Below, piece after piece: positions 10,438 to 20,300 of a stretch of DNA of 64,000 nt. The notes under the pieces are model-generated. The model was given only the letters and a program-made list of their open reading frames with translations, was not told the origin of the DNA and made no database searches. Location of the stretch: the NCBI GenBank assembly GCA_946496065.1, contig CAMMFF010000002.1:35916-99915 (forward strand). Reading direction: 5' to 3'. The number at the start of each line of letters is the position of its first letter. Within the stretch, counting starts at the first letter, position 1. Made by a program: the position numbers and the translations under genes. Source of the DNA: an uncultured Clostridia bacterium. Its GTDB lineage: Bacteria > Bacillota > Clostridia > Christensenellales > UBA1242.

Positions 10438-10466
10438 ATTATAACAATTTGGCATCAGAAAGTCAA
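10438..10466 (-). promoter_or_regulatory. rpoB proximal promoter
   Basis: Minus strand: TTGACT, 17 nt, TATAAT. Confidence 0.6.
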
Positions 10467-10504
10467 TAGATTTTAAAAACTTTTTTAAATAATTTTCTAC
10501 GAGA

Positions 10505-10534
10505 ATTATACCATAAAAAATTAAAATTAATCAA
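10505..10534 (-). promoter_or_regulatory. rpoB distal promoter (extended -10)
   Basis: Minus strand: TTGATT, 18 nt, TGG-TATAAT. Confidence 0.45.
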
Positions 10535-10568
10535 ACGAATTCAACAAAAAATTTATTTTGTATAAAAA

Positions 10569-11246
10569 TTATAAGTCTCTTTGTCGAATTTCACGTTTTT
10601 GATTGTCAACTTTAGTTTGTTCTTTTATTGATTTCTTAAGATCCCTAATTGGATTTTTGCTTTCTTCAAAAGGAGCAACCCATCTATGATATAATCTACC
10701 GCCGTATGGTTCATCAGAGACATATTTTGTTGAATCCACTCCATTAGAAACCTGAACATTTTTTTCCATTTTTTGGTTCTTGAGAATTTTTTTTGCATCC
10801 TTAATAAGTTTTTTAGAGATTGTAACTTTCGCTTTTCCCCCAATTAGCGATTTTTTGATGTCTAAACCATTACTTTCAAGTGCAGATTTCAATGTTGTTT
10901 TTATTTCTGTACCAACATTTGGACCATCTGTATATGTTTTTATTTCTTCACAGTCAATTTTTGCACCATTTGCCAACAACAAATTAATCATTCTTAAGTC
11001 TTCTTGTTCTATCGCATGAATTAAAAATGGTCTTTTAACTTTAAAATGCTCAAGTGTGCCACCATTTTCCAATGCATCTTCTTCTCTCATGAATGTCTCA
11101 CCCTTTGCATTAGGACCAATTGAAAAACCATTTGCAACAGCAAATTCATTAACATTTGCTCCCAAATCAATGGCTTCTTGTGCCTCTTCCAAATCTCTAT
11201 CTTCTATAGCCCTCAACAGTTTTAAATTAAGCTCATCTTTAACCAT
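10569..11246 (-). CDS. Ankyrin-repeat protein with basic C-terminal tail
   Basis: Repeat signatures LLRAIEDRDLEEAQEAIDLGANVN and LIHAIEQEDLRMINLLLANGAKID. Start placed at ATG 11246 behind SD GGAGG. No signal peptide. Confidence 0.7.
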   Translation of the reverse strand: MVKDELNLKLLRAIEDRDLEEAQEAIDLGANVNEFAVANGFSIGPNAKGETFMREEDALENGGTLEHFKVKRPFLIHAIEQEDLRMINLLLANGAKIDCEEIKTYTDGPNVGTEIKTTLKSALESNGLDIKKSLIGGKAKVTISKKLIKDAKKILKNQKMEKNVQVSNGVDSTKYVSDEPYGGRLYHRWVAPFEESKNPIRDLKKSIKEQTKVDNQKREIRQRDL

Positions 11247-11278
11247 TTTAATTACCTCCAACAAATCTTTTCTCAACA

Positions 11279-11306
11279 ATTATACATAAAAAACTTATTT
11301 TGTCAA
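11279..11306 (-). promoter_or_regulatory. Promoter of the ankyrin gene
   Basis: Minus strand: TTGACA, 16 nt, TG-TATAAT. Confidence 0.55.
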
Positions 11307-11320
11307 TGGCTTAATCGAAT

Positions 11321-11350
11321 AAAAAAGGAAGCAAAACCGCCTCCTTTTTT
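11321..11350 (-). terminator. Intrinsic terminator after the 3,563-aa gene
   Basis: Minus strand: AAGGAGGC-GGTTTT-GCTTCCTT followed by TTTT. It overlaps the TAA stop. Confidence 0.75.
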
Positions 11351-14300
11351 ATATTGAACTTGAAGTGAGTGTAGGATCACCATACAAATTAAGCCTCAAA
11401 TAAGAGCCCGCTTTTAAAGCTGGATCTGTAGTCTCAAAACTAATATCACAATAATATTTGACATTATTTGAACTAAGTGAAGTTGCAAGAATTGTTTGCA
11501 AAGTTTCTCCAGTTTCATTCTCTTTTGTTTCAATGGTTAACCCTGGAATCTCATTCTCATCTGCCAAAACTTTCGCCGTTAATTTTAAATTTGTCAAAGA
11601 TTGAGACATGTCAAGGGCTTTATTTTCGCCAGTTAAAGATATGTAACAATTTGATACAGAGTGAGAAATTGAACTCTTGTTCGCGCCAACAATACCACCA
11701 ACATATATATCAATACTCGTACCATAAAGATAAACTATCGAATTTGCAGAAATAATAAAGTTGTTTGTTTTGTACACTGCTTCTCCACTTGCACTTGCAC
11801 TTTCATCCAAGCTTGAAGAAAGATTTATGATAGAGTTTGAACCAACATTTCCAACAAGTCCACCAATACCAACTTCAGCCAATCTATGTCCATAAACATA
11901 CATATTTGCATTGACGTTGACATCTGTGAAATAGATTGTGTTTGAAGGAGCATTAATATAACCAACAACACCACCAATGTAAGTGAAACCAGTAAGATTT
12001 GCATTCACTGTCACATTATCAAATTCAGATGGCCCTGTAACAAGACCTGCAATTCCACCGAGATATTCAACTCCAGTGCTTGCACTTTCATTGCTTATGG
12101 TGATTGATTGTGACATCTCAATGTTTGAAATGTTTCCACCACTGACAAGTCCAGCATAACCACCCAATGCAGTAGGCATATTAGGTGTTTTCATAAAGTT
12201 TGTAAATGGTTCAAGCATTCCAACAACTTTCACGTCATCAACAGTTCCTTTTGACTCGCCAACAACCAATCCACCATAGGAATAGGCATTGACAAGCATT
12301 CCACTTTGCATTTCAACAAGAATTTTTGAAACGTTCACATTTTCATCGATAAGACCAAACACAAGCCCTGCCTTGTCGCCCAAAACAGAAACCACAGTAT
12401 CTGTTTCACAATCATAGATTGAACCTGTTCCGCTTGCAACACCAATCAATGAACCTGCAAATGAATAAGACGAGTATTCCAACAAACCTGAATTGAAATC
12501 ATTTGAAGATGATTGATATCTTGCTTTTGCACTATATTGTGAATAAAGATTTTGAATGTTGTAGCGTCCAATTGCAAGACCGACCGCACCACCAACAATG
12601 TTCTTGCCAACAACGACAATTTGCTCTGAAGTTGAGCGAGTCAAGTTGACATTGTAGATGTTTCCACTGTCAACCTTACCGACCACTGCTCCAACAACAT
12701 CAGTGTTAGAGAATGAAACGGCTTGTGGATTGATGTTGAAGTTCATAATTGTTCCAACCGCGTCAAGAATTGTTGAACTTCCAAGTTCTGCAAACATACC
12801 TGCGGAGGTCATTGCCTCACTAGAAACCAAAGACATTCCAGAAATTGTCATGAAGTTTCCTTCCAAATATCCCATAAACTTTGTTTTGTAAAGCTTGCTG
12901 TTATAAAGGTATTCTGAATAGTCTATGTCAGAAATAATTCTATAATATGAATAGTTGTAATTTGCAGCATTATTCTCTTGCAAAATGTAATTTTCCATAT
13001 TTTCTGCACTGCTTATCAAAATTGGATTATAAACACTTCCAAGAGGATTACTGTTTGATGTGTATGTGTAAATATATTTTGCAGAAGTTGCTCCAGTTAC
13101 ATCATCGACGATGGTTTCAATTCTTTCAAGTTCTCTTTGAGAGAAAGCCACAATGTTTGGAGCAACAAGTTCCAATCTTTCAGTGTTAAAGACAGAACCA
13201 TTAAAGTTTGCCAAATTGCCAGCATCATCATTAAAGAACCAAACAGAACTGATTTCTCTTCCTTCAGCAACGACATATGATGAGAAGAATTTTTCAAGTC
13301 CGCCCTCTCCAAATTCCGCAGTGGTCAAAGGTGTGATATCCGTGTTTTCATTCAAAGTAATTTCCCCAATGCTTACATTGATGTCAACAGTTTGACCTCC
13401 AACAACAGACACATCACTTTCTGAAAGATAATAACAATCTTCAATTATGCCACTTTCGTCATCATTGTATCTAGCAAAGCCATAGTTTGAGGTCTGTTCA
13501 CTTTCCAAAACACTTGTAGAGAAACATCTTTCAACATTTCCAGAGTTTTCATAGACAAAACCCGAAGCAAACGCACCACTTTGTCTAAGTGTGATGTTGG
13601 AATAACAATCTTCCACGCTTCCGCTGTTTGTATAAACAAAACCGGAAATATTGTAACTTGATTGAATTGAATTGTCTTCTCCATAATAGAACATCATGTT
13701 GATTGTTGCCTGTCCGCTGACATATGATGTGTGGATTTCACCACTGTTTGAAACAGCAAAACCCGCAGTAAATTCACTTGTGGTGTTTGTTTCATTTTTA
13801 AGTGATGCACCCAAGTAATATGAACTTGCAATAATACCCGAATTTTGTCCGACAAAGCCTGCCAAGTTAACATTACAGAAAATGTTAATCTTAGAACGAG
13901 AATTTGTGATGTATCCTGTATTGTTTGCAACAAGTCCTGCAACATATGAAGTTTGAGCTGTTGTTGCACAAACTACGGACAAACATTCACTTCCCGTTGA
14001 ACTTCCAATGTGGCAGTTTGTGATGATTCCATTATTTGTTGCTGCAAGCAGTCCAACGTTAAATGTGCTTACATTCATTCTTATAACAACATCACTTGTC
14101 ATCATGATTGTGACATTTTGCAAGATAGAGTCTTCGGCAACTGATGAGAACACACCAAAATCAGAAAGAGTGTCATAAGAATATGTCCCTGCCATACGGA
14201 GATAATATCCATTTCCGTCAAGTCCAGCAATATTTGCAGTGATTGGAGAGAATTGTTCCAATCCATTTGCTGAAGCATATTCACTGCCTGGCAAAGTTAT

Positions 14301-17300
14301 GTCATTCAACAAGATGTACCATTCACCATCTTTCATATCCAAAAATTCTTCATATGTTTCAATAGGAATTGGGCTGTCTTCTGTGCTTTGTTGATGAACA
14401 TCAAACGAGAACACTGTATAAATTGGATTTGAATTTGTTGAAATTGAACTGTAAGCATACAAACCATTTTTCATTGTGTAGTTTGCACTTGCAGAGAAAT
14501 GATAGATGTCACTTTCAGACTCATAAATTCTCAGCGGTGTAACCACAAAAGAATTTATTGAGTAATAATCTGTTCTGATTGTCCTGCCTTCAGCAAGTTC
14601 TGTTGCTTCTCCGTTCAGGTAAACAGTCCATTTGATATTCTGCGTCATGTCTGCCACAAAATCTTCAACTTCTCTGTTTACAACAGCATTAGAGTCATCA
14701 TATTCCATAAACTCTTTAATGGCAAATTCCAAGGTATAAGGATTTCCAATGGCCGTTGAAATCACACCATTTTCCATGCCCTTGACAATGTCTTCATAGA
14801 CTCCATCGACATAGACATAATTCAAAACATATTCCATAACATAAATTGTCAGTGTGTCGGTCGTTGTTACAGTGACATTGTCAACGGTTTTTGTTGCAAC
14901 TGTATTAATTTCAATTTTATAACCAACATCATTGTTGTAATTGATGCTTTCAGATGTGACACTCAAAACATATTGACCATTAACTTTGGAAACATTTGCA
15001 ATAAAGTCATTGGTTGAAGTGATAGAAATTTGGTCTTCACTGAATCCATAATAATCCAAATTCAAATTGTAAGAAAGTCCACGGGCAACATAATAAACCC
15101 CACCAAAATCTTCTTTGTCTGCAAATGACAATTTTGCATAACTTCCAAGTTTTGTTTTAAGCATGATTGTTGAAGGCATTGAATATTGACCTTCATTTCC
15201 ATAAGTCACAGAAACGTCAAATCCAACATCAACACCATCATCAACATTGTTTGAAGGCATGTAATATGAAATATAAATTTTGCCTGTGTAACTTACAGAT
15301 GAATTTTCACCATTATCTTCAAAACTTTCATTCAAAGAATTGAAAAGGTCAATCATTTCTTGATATGCAAAACTGAAAGTTCCATTTGTGTATCTTCCAA
15401 ATGTCTGTGCCAAAACATATTCTTTGCTTGCATCAGCATTGATTTTTTCATAAGCAAATGTGAAGGTTGCTTCACTCGCTCTCTCAAGATAATTTGCTGC
15501 ATTGTTTGTTATAGAGAATTCATCAAAGACCGCTTCAACTGGATCAAGAGAAATCTCCAAAATTCCTCTTTGAGAAGGAACCACGATTTCATCTGCAACG
15601 GAAATATCATTGAAGTTTGAATAGTTATTAACGCTTACATAGTTGATTTCAGCTTCGTCGAGCAAAATCTTGAAAGAATATGTCACACCATTTTCAAGTT
15701 CACTGCAATAGAGATGAACGGTGTATTCCCCATAAATATCATTTTCGAATCTGTTTAAGAACTTATCTCCACTTGCATTGATTTGACAACTGAATTCAAA
15801 GACATTCTCACCTGTTCTTGAAAATCTCAAATTGAACAAATCAGATTGAGTGATTGTGTTCATGTAAGAAAGCCAAGCATCTTCACGATTTTCAGCGGTA
15901 TCAAATTGTGTCAAATTCTCTGGCAGTCTGTCTTGAACCAAACTTCCATTCTTATCAAAAATTTGATAGAAAACAAGTTCATTCTTGTTTGTAGAAACAA
16001 CCGTCACAGTGTCCTTGAATGTGTTGTTTGTCTGCATTGAGTGATATTTTGAATTTGTTCTTATTGATGTTGCAGATTCTTTGTATGTGACATTCAAATT
16101 GATGGTAGATTTGTCAAGTGCATAATAGAATTCATATTTTTCTGTTCCAATTTGAATGACAACCTTGAGCATTGGCGTCAAACTGTAAGTGTCAACATCT
16201 CCCTCATTTACAGTTTTTGATTTATCCTTGAAGAAAACAATGGTTTGTTTGTTGATTTGCACTGAAGAGAAATATGGTTGTTCATAATACGAACCAATGT
16301 CATTGACATCAGGATTTGTCACAAGCACATAAGAATTTGTTTCTGCATCATATGTGAAATATTCCTTTCCATCAACAATCGCCGTGTCAGAAGTTTGCAC
16401 ATATTCTGTTTTTTGTGCAGATGGCACTTCAATTTGAGTGTTTTTAGAAAGGTTATAACTTACATTTTTGTATGTCAACACACCTCCAGTAGTGATTGTA
16501 AATTTGTCACCATTATATGTCACACCGTCATTCAAATTGTATGTTGGAACAACATGAACATTGGTATTTGAATTTCCATAAATGTTCAAATTGCTTCCGT
16601 CGGTGATGTTAACACCATTGATGTTTCCACTGGTATAGAAAATTGAAGAAGAAACATCTTTATCAAAATAGTTGACAATGTAAATGTAGATTACTCTTGA
16701 TTGAACAACATTCAAAATGCTTGTCAAAGTGATTGTCGCAAGGCCCGTTCCTTTAACAGTCAAATTTCCATTGACATCAACTGATAATATGTTTGAATTT
16801 GAAGATGTGATGTTGACATCTTGACTTCCCAATGAGAAAGGATAGAAGTTTGAATTTGGATTGATAAAGTTCAAATCTTCAATTTCATCTTGAGCACTTG
16901 CATTGCCTTCTTCATAAAGTTTTCCTTGAACTGAGAAGTAATACATAAAGTAAACGCCAACATCAGCAGTTGCACCACCACTTGGTGTCATAGCGTATTC
17001 ACTCTCGTCCAAAGCCAAGTCAACTTCTTTGAATTCAAACCTGTATGATTGAGTGATATGAATTCCATCTGAAGCCACATTGAGAATGATGTAATCGCCA
17101 TAATAATTTGCAACAGAAACAGAATTGTCCACAACAACATCAGTGCTTTCAACCTCTGTAAAATCTCTCTTCAAATATGAGTATGCCTTAAACGAATAGG
17201 TTGCATAACTTCTTGAGTTTCTTGTTGAGTTTCCAACTGCATAGAAAGTAGTTTTTGAAAGTTCTGTATCATCTGGCAAATTGTCCAATCTCTTGAATTT

Positions 17301-20300
17301 GATTATTGATGATGCATAGAAGTTGTTTCTTCCATCATCAACCGCTTCAATAACATTGCCTGTGCCAAAATTTGTGTAAACACTGTAATCAACAGCATAG
17401 GTGTCATAACCAGCAATTCCACCAACATATTCATTTGCTCTGAGGAAGACTCTTGAAGTGTTGTTCAATACATCAATTGTTGCAACCTTCAATGTGTCAG
17501 CATAACCAACAATCCCACCAACAGCATCAATATAATTCACGGTTTCAGATGTGTCAATCTCTCCACCAACAAGCAAATTGGATATGGTGTTTCCAGTCAT
17601 AGGCATATCAGTATCAAGCAAAATTTCATTCAAACTTGTTGTTCCTGTGTTATAAGTCGCAACACCGACAGCACCACCAACATAAATCTTGTCATAGTCG
17701 TTATAATTCTTTGTTCCAGTGACAGAAATCATTGTGTATGCCGAATAAGCAGCATAGCCATAAAGTTTCAAACTTGAAGAAGAAATCTTTTTAATAACCC
17801 CAGAAGAAGCACCTGCGATACCACCAGCATAGACATTTGTTGAGGCAGTTGCAATATTGACAAATCCTTCATAATAAGCCAGGTTTTTGCTGTTTTGTCC
17901 AGTGTAATCTCTGCTGCTTAAAAGAACATTTCCTTCATCATCATATTTGATTCTGTTTCCATTTTCGTCAATGGCATACTTATCTTTGTCAACAAAAATT
18001 TTATTATCAGCATCATCAATGATGTAGTTATTTCCATTTTCATCTGAATAAATGACTTTATCGCTATAGATTTTGTAGTTATATCCCGTGCCGTCATATT
18101 TTGTAAAGTCTTGAATTATGCTTCCATAATTCACTCCGGCAACCGCACCAAAATACAGCACTCTTTGACTTTGCACCATGTTGATTGAGGACTCGCCAAT
18201 TCTCACACCAACATTTATCATCTCACCTTTATTTACAGCGGACAAAAGTCCAACATAAGCCCTTGAAGAAACATTCAAATCAAATTCACCAGAGAAAGAA
18301 ACATTTTCTATCGTTGGCGTAACCAAATCTGAATTTGGATCATCTGCATCAACCCTATAAGGTGCATTCAATTGAGCAATAAGTCCTGTGTAGAGAATAT
18401 CCACACTTCCGCTGATGGTTTCTTTTCTGACAGTTGCAGAGAAGTTATTTTCCGAGACAACAATATTTGTTATCGCTGCCTGGGAGTTTGAACCAATAAT
18501 TGAACCACTAAATCCATAAAGAACGTTTTTTCCATCAACATTCAAAATTCCAATAGGTGTAAAGTTTCTAACAGTTGACATATCAATAACTGTGGAAATT
18601 TCGTAGTGGCTCTTCAAAGTTGTTTCATTTGCATTGATTCCAACCACATCTTCTGCAGTTTCAAGCAAATAAGGATTTGCTCTTGAACCATTTCTATATT
18701 GCACATCAATGACAATCGGCTGCAATTCAGATGCAATTGATGTGTAAGAGTCTCCCCATTCAGCAGGATAGATATAAATTCTTCCAGTCAAATAGTCCTC
18801 AATGTTAACAATGTTGTCTTTATTTTCATTGAAGAAATCTTCACAAGAAAGATTAACCGTATAAACACCGCTTGCACTTTCAGAAGTGTCAATGTTCCAA
18901 GTAACCATGTTAACATAAGGGTTTCCATTTGTTCTCACAAATTCCACTCTAACATTTTTATTGGTTGAAGTTGTTGGATATGTGTAAACCCCGATGCTGT
19001 AATTCAATGCGTTGTTTGAGAAATTCAATTCTGTCAAGCTTGTTGCCAAAGAAATGCTTTCAACAGATTGATAAAGTCTTGTCTCAATCTGACAATCATA
19101 TTTCTTTGTTGAATTTCTCTGTCTAAGATTTGCACTTAAAGAAAGGTTGTAAACCGCCTGCATATTGTTTCTATATGTAAAGGAATCCATGTCGAAAGTT
19201 CCATAAGTGTCAATTGAATAGATGTTTGAGAATTCAACAGTATAAGTTGCAACAACATCTCCAATCTCGTTTCTGTCAACATATTCAAAATCACTTGATA
19301 AAAACATCAATCCATTTGTCAAAGCAAGCATAATGGTCTTTGTTTCCGACTTGGTTTGCCCATCAAGAACATATGTCTTTGTGACATTAACCTCTGTCAC
19401 TGTTGATGCAGTTGTGTAGGAATTATTTCCACTGCTTGAATAAACAACCTGAGCATAGAAATAGATAAATTTTCTGTTATATTTTTCGTAAACCATTTCT
19501 GTGTAGATTTGGTTATTGCTTATTGTGTAATTATAATAAGGATAATAAATATTCCCTTCATCATCTTCATCTTCAACAGGGATTGCATCTTCAAAAATGT
19601 CAACAAATGCTTTTTCATCAAAGAAATATTGATAGAAGTTCATTGAATTTGCATAATTTGCAACAGGTGTCAAAGTCGCTGTTTCATCTTCTTCCTGCAA
19701 ACTTCCCGAAACACCACCTGTAACGTAATAAACAACATTGTTCAAAGCAAAATTGTCGCCATTTTTCATGTAAAATTCGTCAACTAATGAGTATGAACTC
19801 ACATTGACATAAAGTTTGATTTCCTTAGATTTTGTTCTGAAATCTTCCACCTCAAGACCGGTCAAAGTGAATGTAATTTTTGTCATTCCATTGTCGAGAG
19901 TGGAGATTCGATAAGTGTTGTTAATTTTGGAAACAGAAACAAAACCACTTTCATTAGGAACATACTTGATTCCATCAGAGTTGACATTTGCTGTAATTGT
20001 AAATTGAGCCACATTGCCAAATGTCACCCCTGTTTTTGTGGAAGGATTCAAAATTTCAATGTTCAAAGCATTGTCAAAGTCAGCGTTATCTTCAACACTA
20101 TAATATGCTTCCGTAACCGATTCATTTCCCTCATTTGTAAGTTGAATGCTCGTCGTGTCAGATGAAAGTGTTTTGATGACATTAAATGTCAAATCAATTG
20201 GCATACCATTGTCAAGATAAACACGATAGACACCGATTCCAGTAAGTCTTGGCGTCAAAGACAAATTGAGATAGAATTTGTCGCCAACTTCGGTGTATGG

